From IMG/VR virus record IMGVR_UViG_3300044843_000700, positions 1-64,000 of that record: 64,000 nt of DNA. The stretch is one strand, 5' to 3'. The stretch comes from a virus (Duplodnaviria > Heunggongvirae > Uroviricota > Caudoviricetes). Below, piece by piece: positions 52,486 through 63,300 of the stretch. How positions within the stretch are numbered: position 1 is the first letter of the stretch; the number at the start of each line of letters is the position of its first letter. The notes under the pieces were generated by a model. It was not told where the DNA came from. It saw nothing but the letters and a program-made list of their open reading frames with translations, and did no database searches. The position numbers and the translations under genes are program-made.

Positions 52486-54467
52486 TGGCTATAGCTAAGA
52501 CATATACCGTTGGTGATAATGGCGGAGTCAGAAGACTCGATGACTTTACTGGTCCTTGGGTAGATGTTCCTGTCACAAACTCACTACCTCTTTCCGGAGC
52601 ACTATTCGACGTGGAAACGGATCCTAATGACGGAGACAAAGTTTTCGTTGTTGGAGATGGTTTTTTCCAGGCCGGCCTATACGGTATTTATGTCTCTACC
52701 GATGGAGGTGCCTCATGGTACGTTCCCGGTGGAAACTATAGTTTAAACCAAAATGTAGGTGGCACTTATCGTTGGTGGGAAGTATTTGTACTCGACTCCA
52801 ATAACATCTTCGTTGTAGGGGATAACGGATACCTTGCAGTAAGTACAGATGGAGGTTTAACCTTCAACTTATCTACTCAAGTTCCGCCTCTGCAGGAATG
52901 CGCGGGATGTCCACCACAACTACCTCCGCTTTTCAGCGTGCATTTTATTACGCCACTTATAGGAGTAGTAGGTGCCAGAGAACATGTGTTGATCACATAT
53001 GATGCCGGGGTGACTTGGACTGTGCTCAATGGAGGAAACTTCATAGTGGGTCCTAGCGGAAATGCTCAAGGGATGGTAGGTATTCATATATCTGCTGATC
53101 AACAAACAATTGTTGCCTGCGGCCGAGGAAGAATGTTCCAGTCTACAGATGCTGGTAATACCTTCAATGAAGTATTTGATTGGGTACGCAACGGTAGACA
53201 TCTTACCTGGATTAATGATAACGAGTTGTGGGGATTTGGTGCCAGCGACATGATAATTAAAAGTGTCGATGGAGGAGCCAATTGGACCGTTCTTTCACCC
53301 TTTTTAGTAGGGGGACCTAATCACTTTGGTGGTCACTTCTACCAGAATCAGAACGGTTTCTTCTCTACCAATGCTAACGTTCTTTCTACCAACAATGGTG
53401 CAGCTTCTGGAACATTTTCGGAAACTTCTCCTTATGGTATAAACGCTATATGGACTTGGTTCAGAGCTCCTATTTGCTATGTCTTAACAGACTGTTCTGG
53501 AGCGCTTGCTCCCCTTCTTTTGGATTGGGAACTTCTAGATCCTTTTGTAGGACAAGTTGTGCAGATTCCAGCTCTTTATGGTAATACATGTTGGACGGTA
53601 ACTCTGGCCCCAGATTGCCAAGGAGCAACTGTTATTGACTCTGATGCGCAGATTATTGGTTTTGCGGATTGCCTATCTTGCAATCCTCCTCAATGCTACA
53701 GCGTCGTTGAGTGTACAGGAGTAATTCCGCCATTCAACAGTAATGATCCTAGTCTTGCCGGTTTTGCCGGTGAGGTAGTTGAAATCTGTATTACTACCCA
53801 AGGTGTCACAAATTGCTATTGTTTCACCATTACAGCCATAGGTCCTTGCTTGGATGGTGTTCTTTTACCATCCGGATGGGAGATCCAAAACTGTGTTGAA
53901 GATTGTAACGCATGTCTTCCTCCGCCTCCTCCGCCTTTTGAGCTACATCCTAGAAGGATAAAACCGGGTTACTATACTCCAGGCTGTCCTCCAGAATACA
54001 CAGAAAAGATCAGCTGTAAATTTGCTGAACAGATGTATGACGAGATGGTGGCCAAGAGGTATGGAATAACCATTTGCTGCGATCATGATCCTGATACCTG
54101 GATAATCAAGAAGCAGATTCTTGACCTGAAAGCTATCTATGATCCAGACTTGTGTAAGTGTTTCTTACAACAATGTTGTCCTCCTACTTGTGTTGAAGCA
54201 ACAATCCAAGTATTCAATCCTGTTACCTGTACAGCGCCTAATGCTGTATCAGCAAGTTTACTCCCGGTATGTACCTGCTATCAGATTACAGCGCCTGAAG
54301 GTAATCCTTGCCGAGTTCGATACGTGGATTGCAATGGTGTGAACTCTTCAGTTACTATTCCTTCTGGAGCTACTGTAGCAGTTTGCTCTCAGATTTATCC
54401 TTACTCTATCCAGTGCACTCCTATTATAGTGCAAGGTGCTGAGTGTGTAAATGGAGCATGTCCATAA
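52485..54467 (+). CDS. BNR/Asp-box repeat beta-propeller protein with Cys-rich C-terminal domain
   Basis: Five S/T-x-D-x-G-x-(T/S)-(W/F) repeats: STDGGASWY, STDGGLTFN, TYDAGVTWT, STDAGNTFN, SVDGGANWT; about 40 Cys in C-terminal half. Confidence 0.55.
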   Translation: MAIAKTYTVGDNGGVRRLDDFTGPWVDVPVTNSLPLSGALFDVETDPNDGDKVFVVGDGFFQAGLYGIYVSTDGGASWYVPGGNYSLNQNVGGTYRWWEVFVLDSNNIFVVGDNGYLAVSTDGGLTFNLSTQVPPLQECAGCPPQLPPLFSVHFITPLIGVVGAREHVLITYDAGVTWTVLNGGNFIVGPSGNAQGMVGIHISADQQTIVACGRGRMFQSTDAGNTFNEVFDWVRNGRHLTWINDNELWGFGASDMIIKSVDGGANWTVLSPFLVGGPNHFGGHFYQNQNGFFSTNANVLSTNNGAASGTFSETSPYGINAIWTWFRAPICYVLTDCSGALAPLLLDWELLDPFVGQVVQIPALYGNTCWTVTLAPDCQGATVIDSDAQIIGFADCLSCNPPQCYSVVECTGVIPPFNSNDPSLAGFAGEVVEICITTQGVTNCYCFTITAIGPCLDGVLLPSGWEIQNCVEDCNACLPPPPPPFELHPRRIKPGYYTPGCPPEYTEKISCKFAEQMYDEMVAKRYGITICCDHDPDTWIIKKQILDLKAIYDPDLCKCFLQQCCPPTCVEATIQVFNPVTCTAPNAVSASLLPVCTCYQITAPEGNPCRVRYVDCNGVNSSVTIPSGATVAVCSQIYPYSIQCTPIIVQGAECVNGACP

Positions 54468-54520
54468 GATATTTGGACATCTCCTGAAAATTGTGTATAT
54501 TAAACAAGAACGCGACTACA

Positions 54521-56065
54521 ATGAAGCCAATAAACGCCGACGACCCAACATGTAATCCGATCAGCTCCAACTGCGTGATCTGGCAAGGTCCTGATATTCC
54601 GTGTATCAAACTTTGTAAAGGTGACACTGTTAGCGTAGTTGTTTACAAGCTGGCCACAGAATTATGCAAGCTTCTCGAGCAGACTAATGTCTCAGCTTAT
54701 GATTTATCTTGCCTTCAACTTGTTGGTTGTACACCGGCTACTTTTCAAGAGCTCATCCAACTTCTTATAAGCAGGATATGTGAGCTTGAGAATTGTGTGT
54801 TTGAACCTTGTGCACCAGGTTGCCAAGGAAGAGTATGTCGAGTTACTAGCGGAGGAGGATCCGGATCGGCCGGATGTCCTGACTGTGTAGTAAACGTATG
54901 TTCTCACTTCTACTACACCAACCAGGCTGGAGATACTGTTACTACAATGCAGTTAACAGACTATGTTCAAGCTATTGGTAATCGTGTATGTCAGCTTATT
55001 GATCAGATAGCTACTATTAATGCTATCTTACAGAATCATGAGCAGCGTATCACCACCTTAGAAAATACTCCTCCTCCAACATTCACTTTACCTCAAGTAA
55101 CTCCTGTTTGTGTACTTCCTAGTGCACCTACAGATATGAACATTGTCTTGGCCGCTTTAGAGCAACAGTTTTGTGCTTTAATCGGAGCAACAGGAGGACC
55201 TAACGATATTTATGCTGCAATTCTTGCTCAATGTGCAGGATTAACTGGATCTCCTCAATTAGGTGGATCAGGTTCTATGGGTAGCCTACCAGGTTGGAAC
55301 AATACTGTTCAGAACTTGGCTAATGCCATAAACAACATATGGCTTACTATTTGTGACTTGAGAGCTGCGGTTACTAATATTCAGACTAACTGCTGTCCAT
55401 CCGGATGTAGCGGTATCAGTTTATCTATGACTGCCCAGCTTAACGGAGACACATTGACTGTATGGTTCAGCGGAACTATTCCTGTAGGATTCTCTCAATG
55501 TCCTCCTTCAGGTCTTACTAATTTTACAATCTCAGATCAGAGTGGTAATAGCATCATTGTTACCGGAGATATTGTAACAGCGCTTAACTCTTTGCCTGGT
55601 ATCTCTTGGAATCTTTCAGCTTCTCCTCTGAATCTTTCAGATAATCTTACTGTAACAGCTACACCTTGCTTGACAGATGGTATTTCTACTTGCCAGTACA
55701 CATACACAGAGGTTCTTGCTAATCAAACAGCATGTCCTGTTATGACGTACAATGCGACAGATACTCAGATCGCGTATAGCGGAGCCATCCTTGCTGCAGG
55801 TACAGGTGTTACATATACTGTAGAAGTATGGGATGCTTTAGGGTTAACTTTAATCCAGAGCCAATCTACACTTGTTACAGTACCACCAGTGTTCAACTTG
55901 CTTGGAACTTTCACCGGATTAAATCCGAGCACTTCTTACAAGGTAAGAGTGGTGATTACTCCTTCTGCAGGAACACCTACTTCATGCCCATTTGCTACGG
56001 TTACCACCTTAGCACCGGCATGTCCTCCTCCAACTAATGTTGTACCTTCAATCGTAATATCATAA
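54521..56065 (+). CDS. Cys-rich structural protein
   Basis: Track ORF begins at TTG 54491; ATG 54521 (MKPINADD) sits 16 nt after promoter motif 54488-54505. Confidence 0.45.
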   Translation: MKPINADDPTCNPISSNCVIWQGPDIPCIKLCKGDTVSVVVYKLATELCKLLEQTNVSAYDLSCLQLVGCTPATFQELIQLLISRICELENCVFEPCAPGCQGRVCRVTSGGGSGSAGCPDCVVNVCSHFYYTNQAGDTVTTMQLTDYVQAIGNRVCQLIDQIATINAILQNHEQRITTLENTPPPTFTLPQVTPVCVLPSAPTDMNIVLAALEQQFCALIGATGGPNDIYAAILAQCAGLTGSPQLGGSGSMGSLPGWNNTVQNLANAINNIWLTICDLRAAVTNIQTNCCPSGCSGISLSMTAQLNGDTLTVWFSGTIPVGFSQCPPSGLTNFTISDQSGNSIIVTGDIVTALNSLPGISWNLSASPLNLSDNLTVTATPCLTDGISTCQYTYTEVLANQTACPVMTYNATDTQIAYSGAILAAGTGVTYTVEVWDALGLTLIQSQSTLVTVPPVFNLLGTFTGLNPSTSYKVRVVITPSAGTPTSCPFATVTTLAPACPPPTNVVPSIVIS

Positions 56066-56610
56066 TGAGCGAGTGCAAAACATGCGGATGTAAGAGTAAA
56101 CCTTGTGGTTGTGAAGATCATGCTTTGACCACAAATACTCCTTGTGCCCAGGATACTCCAGAGTGTCCTAATCCAGATCCTTGTCCAGAAACATTTTCGG
56201 ACTGCTGTATCGTGCATGCAAACGATACCATCTTGGATCTCGATATAAAGCAAGGAGATCGTCTCTGTGATATTTTGCAGAAGTTCACACTACTTTTTAC
56301 CAATCCTGGATGCATTTTACCGGGATCACCTTGCATGTCTGTTTTGGGTCTAATCTCAACACTGATTACCTCAACAACAGTGAAGCTTAAGTGGGCACCA
56401 TCTTCTACCGCGATATCTTATATCGTAGAGTATAAGCCGGCAACTTCTATGTCTTGGACACTGAATCCACCTGTAGCTCCCTCTACTAATCCGGTAGATA
56501 CTATCGGAGGATTAACCCCGAATACAGAGTATGATATCCGTGTTGCTTCAATCTGCAACGCAGGAACATGTTACTCTGTAACTATTCGAGTAAAGACTAA
56601 AAACGTATAA
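56065..56610 (+). CDS. fibronectin type III domain protein with Cys-rich N-terminus
   Basis: TVKLKWAPSSTAISYIVEYKP...GGLTPNTEYDIRVASICNAGTCYSVTIRVKT matches FN3 consensus (W..Y.V.Y...L.P.T.Y...V). Confidence 0.5.
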   Translation: MSECKTCGCKSKPCGCEDHALTTNTPCAQDTPECPNPDPCPETFSDCCIVHANDTILDLDIKQGDRLCDILQKFTLLFTNPGCILPGSPCMSVLGLISTLITSTTVKLKWAPSSTAISYIVEYKPATSMSWTLNPPVAPSTNPVDTIGGLTPNTEYDIRVASICNAGTCYSVTIRVKTKNV

Positions 56611-56620
56611 ACCAATAAAG

Positions 56621-57841
56621 ATGGCACCAGTACCTGCAGTTATCCAAGTCAATTTCACCAGTAACTATCCTATCGGATGTCACCGTGTATATTACCGCGT
56701 CCAAGGATCCGGTTTACCATATGCACAGGTTACGGTGAATTGCGCACCTTTTGTACCACCAGGATCTCAAGCTTGCGTGGCAAACATTCCTATTACGGTA
56801 GACAACGAAAGTTGTGATCCTGTTACATATGAAGGATATGTTCAACCATGCTGCGAAGCAGATGGTTCTCCTAATAATCAGGTACCATTTACTGTGACCT
56901 TCACGCCTAACCCTGTTTGTCAACCGGTTCAGCTGGTTTGTAACAATGTGGGTATCCAGTCAGTGAGTCTGATTGCTCCTAACTTTGGAGGATCCGGATA
57001 TGATCCAATAAATCCCCCTGCAGTTAATCTTGTTGGTGGCGGCGGATCAGGAGCTATAATCAACGCTGTTGTGGGTAATACAGGAGCCGATGGATTCTCT
57101 GTTACCAACGGCGGAGGCGGTTATACCGACGGATCTTACACAGCTTTACCTACAAGTAACTTGACCGGTGTGGGAGTAGGTCTTCTAGTAAATCTTGTTA
57201 TCGCAGGAGGAGTTATCATCAGTGCAACATTATCTGCACCTACCTCGGCCGGTTCCGGATATGTTATTGGTGATACTTTCACTGTAACAGATCCTTCTAT
57301 TGGAGGCGGAGCAGGACTGATTCTGACAGTTGGTTCAGTAAATACCGGAAAAGTTATCTACTTCACAGTAGTTAACCCAGGTTTTGGATACTCCGGAACA
57401 CCTACTGTAAATGTGGATCCTTCTCCTGGAGTAGGATTCCCTCCAGTGAACGCTAACGCTCAAGCTCTGCTTGCAGTATGCCCAGAGTTTAACGGAGGAA
57501 ATAACTGCGATGGCACACCTAAAGGAATCATTCCTCCACAGTTTGCTGGAACAACTTTTGAACTTTGTTACATAGGAGGAGTTGCTGGTATCCCGGCCAT
57601 TCCTGATGAATATAGCGTTGGCCCAGGTGTAGAATGCTGCTATGATTGCAGAACACATACTATCGGGTTCAAAAATTCTCAAGGTACCTTGACTTATACA
57701 GATTGCAACACTATGCAAACTACCACTGTAAACTTCAACAGTATCAGTGATCCGCACGTAATCTGTGCGGTTGTAGGATCCATCGCAATAAGAAATGCTG
57801 ATATGCCAAGCATAACTGTAACAGTTGGTGCTGACTGCTAA
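56621..57841 (+). CDS. Gly-rich structural protein
   Basis: 406 aa with GGGGSGAIINAVVGNTGADG-type stretches and paired Cys. Confidence 0.45.
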   Translation: MAPVPAVIQVNFTSNYPIGCHRVYYRVQGSGLPYAQVTVNCAPFVPPGSQACVANIPITVDNESCDPVTYEGYVQPCCEADGSPNNQVPFTVTFTPNPVCQPVQLVCNNVGIQSVSLIAPNFGGSGYDPINPPAVNLVGGGGSGAIINAVVGNTGADGFSVTNGGGGYTDGSYTALPTSNLTGVGVGLLVNLVIAGGVIISATLSAPTSAGSGYVIGDTFTVTDPSIGGGAGLILTVGSVNTGKVIYFTVVNPGFGYSGTPTVNVDPSPGVGFPPVNANAQALLAVCPEFNGGNNCDGTPKGIIPPQFAGTTFELCYIGGVAGIPAIPDEYSVGPGVECCYDCRTHTIGFKNSQGTLTYTDCNTMQTTTVNFNSISDPHVICAVVGSIAIRNADMPSITVTVGADC

Positions 57842-57989
57842 AGATTGTCATAGTTTAGTTGGTTTACTGTGACTGACAAGCAAGGGCCTCGGGGAAACTC
57901 GGGGCTCTTGTGCATTATCTTGGTCACTAAACCTAGAATGTTTATTTTTACACCTGAGAAATTTTTCGTATATTATATCAGGCCTGCGT

Positions 57990-58583
57990 ATGATCACCAC
58001 AATTAAAGCTCCAGATAGGAAAGCTCCACGCTTTAGAGAGACCACTATAGGTCTCTTAAACAAGGATGTACTCTCTTCTTTCAGAGAAAAGCATCCGGAA
58101 TACTCTGCTGTATCTGATGATCAGCTCAAGAAGATAATCGAAACATTCAACGGATTCCTGTGGCAGGCCGCTATTGATAACCGGGATGGCATCGAATTAC
58201 CTGAAGGGCTTGGTAATGTTTTCGTAGGATCTTGTAAGACTCCTCGAAGAGAAAACATAGACCATAACAGATCTACAAAGCATGGAGTTAGAGTGATCAA
58301 TCGCAACCTAGCTACAGATGGTTATCTGGCCAAGGTATTTTACACCAACCACGAAGCTAAGTATAAGTTCCGTTTCCGGAAACTTTGGCGCTTCAAAGGC
58401 GTAAGACAATTCACGAAACAAGTCTCTGTTACATACAAAGACGAATGGCCAAGGTACATTGTAGTGGAAGATTTTCAACGCATATCTAATCTTGTCCGTA
58501 AGCACAAGAGAAATGCGATGCATGAGAAACTCATCGCTCAAGATGTAGTACCTCAAACGTATAACGAATTTGACATGGATTAA
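57990..58583 (+). CDS. hypothetical protein
   Basis: 197-aa ORF 9-15 nt downstream of promoter motif 57959-57981. Confidence 0.45.
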   Translation: MITTIKAPDRKAPRFRETTIGLLNKDVLSSFREKHPEYSAVSDDQLKKIIETFNGFLWQAAIDNRDGIELPEGLGNVFVGSCKTPRRENIDHNRSTKHGVRVINRNLATDGYLAKVFYTNHEAKYKFRFRKLWRFKGVRQFTKQVSVTYKDEWPRYIVVEDFQRISNLVRKHKRNAMHEKLIAQDVVPQTYNEFDMD

Positions 58584-59253
58584 GATGACAACAATAGGTG
58601 ATAGCATATCTCGAGTGAGAAACGTTCTCAAGGCTGTAAAGGAAGATCCTTTTATGACCGATCGCTTTATTGCGAGTATCATTCTCAAGTACGCGAAGCT
58701 TTTGATTAAGCGTCAGGATGATCAGAACAGGATCATGCGTTATCAGAGTCTCTTCGAAGTTTTACCTTGTGTAGAACTTGTAGAAGTCGATAAGGTAGAG
58801 GCATGCTGTTCAGGTATAAAATCCAAGTGCATTATTCGCAGAACAAAGGATAAGTTACCTCCGGTATTGGAAGGAGCATACGGTCCTTTATTTCGTACGA
58901 TAAGCTCTATCGATGGAGAAGAAGAATTGTTCCGTACATATCCTTCTACTTATGTAGCGATGACTCGTACGACTAATTTCAAGTACAACAAGAACAGATA
59001 CTACTGGTATCTTGATGGTCACTTGTACTTTCCGAATATCGAATGGGATGCTGTACGTGTTGAAGGATTGTGGGATGGTGATGTGAATTACCTGAAGTGT
59101 GATGCGGATGAGTGCACTCCTATACAAGATCAAGCGATGCGTATTCCTGAATACTTATTCGCCGAAATAGAACAAATGGCTCTTAAGGAGATCTTGACAT
59201 CTGGTCAAGTACCTTCTGATGGAGCAGATAACCAGCAAAACGTGCTTAGATAA
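58570..59253 (+). CDS. hypothetical protein
   Basis: 227-aa ORF, overlapping start. Confidence 0.45.
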   Translation: MTWIKMTTIGDSISRVRNVLKAVKEDPFMTDRFIASIILKYAKLLIKRQDDQNRIMRYQSLFEVLPCVELVEVDKVEACCSGIKSKCIIRRTKDKLPPVLEGAYGPLFRTISSIDGEEELFRTYPSTYVAMTRTTNFKYNKNRYYWYLDGHLYFPNIEWDAVRVEGLWDGDVNYLKCDADECTPIQDQAMRIPEYLFAEIEQMALKEILTSGQVPSDGADNQQNVLR

Positions 59254-60314
59254 TGAGCTACAACTATACACTAAAATATCGAACATTCGAGCAGTTGCTT
59301 GAAGAGATTCACGTGGACTTCCAGAACTACAACCTGGAGTCTTTTATCGAGCCTCATCAGCTGATAAAAGTAGCTAAGCGTGTTAACTACGACCTTGGCT
59401 TGAGAATATTTCAGACCAAGGAAGCTATCCTTGAAGTAGAGAAAGGGAGAGTAAAACTCCCGGATGACTTCTATGTGCTCAACTTTGCTTTGATTTGTGA
59501 TGAGTATACTGTTCAGCAAGCAATGCCTCAGGGTACTTGGATTGAAGAAAGACCTCTGGTACCTCAATATCAATCTCAGCCTGGTACCATAAATACTTGC
59601 GAGGCTCCTACAGTAAATTGTCAGAAGTGTACACCTAATCCATGCCAGTGTCAACAATCTTGTTGCCCGCCGGCAAATACGGATCCTTGTGCAGGATTAG
59701 AGTTCAATCCTAACGCTCCTTATGGAGATTACTGCAACAAACCAAGAGTGTTCTTGAACTGTAAGAACGAGTGTTACGAGTTAGTGCAGATTGTAAAAAG
59801 CGAGACTCGTACTTACAAGCGTCTTTTCCAGGTGAGGATAATCAATAACCCTCAGACGATCGATTGTGATTGTCCAAACTTATATTGGAACAGCGAGTTT
59901 GTTGCATGGATCAAAGGCAACTACATCTACACAAACTTTGACTGTGGTAAGCTTTACATCAATTATCAAGGAATGATGGAAGATGAAGATGGTAATCTTC
60001 TTGTTCCGGACCATGATATGATCAATGAGTATTACGAGTATGCTTTCAAGCAAAGAATTCTCGAGAACTTGATCATGAATGACGAACCTCAAGCTGCAGC
60101 TAAACTTCAGCTTATTGAACAAAGATATCGTGCAGCGCGTAATTATGCGTTGTCCATTGTGAATACTCCAAACTGGTCTGAGTTTAAGCAGGTGTGGGAA
60201 ACTAATCGCAGAGCTCAGTATGCAAAATACTATAACATGTTCAAGAGTTACCCTTGGAGTCAGTGGAATCCGGGTAATCTTGCAGCTGTTGTACCAAATC
60301 AGTTCTACAGATAA
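59253..60314 (+). CDS. hypothetical structural protein with Cys-rich insert
   Basis: CEAPTVNCQKCTPNPCQCQQSCCPPANTDPCAG; ATG overlaps previous stop. Confidence 0.45.
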   Translation: MSYNYTLKYRTFEQLLEEIHVDFQNYNLESFIEPHQLIKVAKRVNYDLGLRIFQTKEAILEVEKGRVKLPDDFYVLNFALICDEYTVQQAMPQGTWIEERPLVPQYQSQPGTINTCEAPTVNCQKCTPNPCQCQQSCCPPANTDPCAGLEFNPNAPYGDYCNKPRVFLNCKNECYELVQIVKSETRTYKRLFQVRIINNPQTIDCDCPNLYWNSEFVAWIKGNYIYTNFDCGKLYINYQGMMEDEDGNLLVPDHDMINEYYEYAFKQRILENLIMNDEPQAAAKLQLIEQRYRAARNYALSIVNTPNWSEFKQVWETNRRAQYAKYYNMFKSYPWSQWNPGNLAAVVPNQFYR

Positions 60315-63300
60315 TGGCAGGTAATCTTCAAAATACATCCAGTCAGGATCCGCGTCGCTTTGATAAAGAGCTGAACGAGGACGTTAACGACTTTCACTTA
60401 CCACCTGATTCGTGGACGCAGGCCCGCAACGCGATCAACAACTCTGTTACAGGTGACTTAGGTAAACTCGGTAACGAACCTTCGAATCTGTTCTGTACTC
60501 AAGCACCGTATCCTGTAATTGGAGCTATCCACCTTCAAGGTGACGAATGGGTCATTTTCTCTACTGACGATGTAAACTCCGAGATAGGTAAATTTAAGGA
60601 GGGTCTTTGTCAGTATACTACTATTGTGAACGATCCTTGCTTAGCTTTTGATAGAGCTTTTCTTATCAAGGGTGTTTCTCGTTCAACAAGTGACTGTACA
60701 TTCAAGATATACTGGGATGATGGAAAGAATCCTTCCCGAGTAATGGACATTAATGCTGTGCCATGGATTCAGATTTGTACTGATGAAAACGGTGTGGTTA
60801 TTCCTGGTCCTCCCGGTTATGATCCTGTAGGATGTATCACTTGCGTGGATACTACACAGCTGAATTGTGATGAAATAAGACTTGCTCGTCTCGTTACACA
60901 ACCTTGTTTTCATATCGAGAAAGGCGTAAGCGGGGGAACATTACCAAACGGTTCCTACTTCGCAGTAATAGCTTACACTATAGCTGGTCAGAAGATCACA
61001 GATTACTCTACACCGTCTAACCTTCAGGCTTTATTCGATCATGAAAACATTGCAGGATCCATTGACATCATCATCGATAACATGGATCCAGACTATGACG
61101 AGTTCGAGCTGGTATTGGTATCCATCATCAATCAGCAAACCGTTGCAAGAAAGGTGGGTATATACAGTACCCAGCAAAGAAGAATCACCTTGGACATCAT
61201 CGATTCCAGATGGCCTTCAGTACCTATTGAGAACATCCCAATAATGACGCCTGTCTTCGAGCGTACTGATGCTATGTATTCTGTGAATGATTACTTGATT
61301 CGTGTTGGTCCTCGTACGAAGTTCGACTTCAATTATCAGCCTATAGCCAATCAGATTGTTGCTAAATGGGTTGCTGTTGAATATCAACAAGGATATTACC
61401 AACGTGGGGGTACCAATACCGGTTACATGCGGGATGAGGTATACTCATTCTTTATTCGTTGGGTCTATGATACCGGTGACAAATCTGCTTCTTACCACAT
61501 TCCGGGACGCCCGGCTTTTGCTGGTGAACAAGCTTTTGTTGTAACAGATGCTTTACCTGAAGAAATCGCAGGAGGCTTTAACTACAGATGGGTTGTTGAA
61601 AATACAGCTACCTTAACTTCTGTAGCTACTACAGCTCTTCCTGATGGAGGAGTTCAGATTGCTGAAGGTTATATGGGATACTGGGAATCTACAGAAGAGT
61701 ATCCGGATAATTCTGCAGCTATTTGGAATGCGAATGATCCTTCTCATCCGTGGACCGCTCCAGTACTTCCTCCTTATCCAGGAACAAATCCTACAGCTAA
61801 TGGGGATTACGATCTTTGTGGTGAGAAGATTCGCCATCACAGATTTCCTGATAACTACTTAGGTGGTACTAACCCTATCACTAATCACTTCACAGGTTCT
61901 TCTCCAAACTTTGGAGGTAATCCTGCCATAAGAGTAATGGGTGTAAAATTTGAGAACATCCAGGCTCCTTTAGATAATCAAGGTAATCCTATTCCGGGAA
62001 TCGTGGGATATGAAATCCTTCGAGGAACGCGCCAAGGAAATCGTACAGTTATTGCCAAAGGTGTAGTGAGCAACATGGGTAAATACACCATCGAAAGCGG
62101 ATCTCCTCGCCAAGGATTGTATGCTAACTACCCTTACAACGACCTTAATGTCGATCCTTTCTTATCAGCTACTCAGACGCAATCAGTAACCTACTTCTTA
62201 GGTATACCGGTTAGCTCTGAGAATTATACTCCTATAGGAAACTTTGCTCAGGATCTGTATACCTTCCATTCACCAGACACAAACTTCTCTAAGCCTTTCT
62301 TATCTGGTAAAGAGTTTAAGGTTTATGAAGAGTTTCGTGGGACTGCTATAGGTAAGTTCGAGTATTCTGAGAAACATCCTAAAGCCAAGGTAATATCCAA
62401 TGTTGCTTTCTTGGTCTCAGCTATTTCCGGTATAGGTATCGCTTCTGTAGCTATGAATGGTGAGCGCAGAATCCATAGATCTTTACCGGTAAATAGCCCT
62501 TTCCTTGATACAGGAATCTTTGCAGGCCCTGCTGGAGCAGGAAGCCAAGGTTGGACATTTGCTTCAGGTCCCATTTGGGCCGCAGGTTTAGCTGCAGTAA
62601 ACGTAATGAATCCAGTTATTACTGGTGTAGATAACTCTTTCTATGATATCGGTGGTGCCCAGATTCTACAAAATATTTTAGGTGTAGGTACCGGAGCGTA
62701 TTATTCAGCGATCGGTACTGCCGCAGCTACAGCAGGAGCTTTCCCGGGTAACTTTGGATTTGCTAAAACATACGAGACAGTACAAGGAGCTTATGATGAA
62801 ATTCCTTTAGTACTGCGTGTTGCCCAAGGTATCCCGACTTTCGTTTCATATTGGTCTCAAGGCTTTGATGCTACCATGGAGCTTATTCGCTCTATGATAC
62901 GCTTCAGAGATTTTGCTCTGAAGTATAACTCCTCATGTCTTTATGCTAGTTCTGCTCCGGCTCCAGCACCTGGTGATCGAAGAAGATCTATCGTTGAACA
63001 GAGTTATGTGAGTCCTCAGATTACTGACTTTGGTACTAACTACAGGATTAACAACTTGTATCGTTCAAATACAGTAGTTTTACAGACAAACGCTAATATC
63101 GCTTATCCATCTGGTACTGATAATACTCGTCAGCTGGCTACATCTCCTGTAGCAAACTTGGAAGAAATTGGTCAGTGGAACCCGTTAACACCAAAGCTAC
63201 TTAATCCTACTAAGAGAGGCTTTGCCACAAGTTCTGCATGTTACTATGTAGGCTATAAGCAAAGACTGCGTAATCAATATGGCCAGGTAGATGGTATCAT

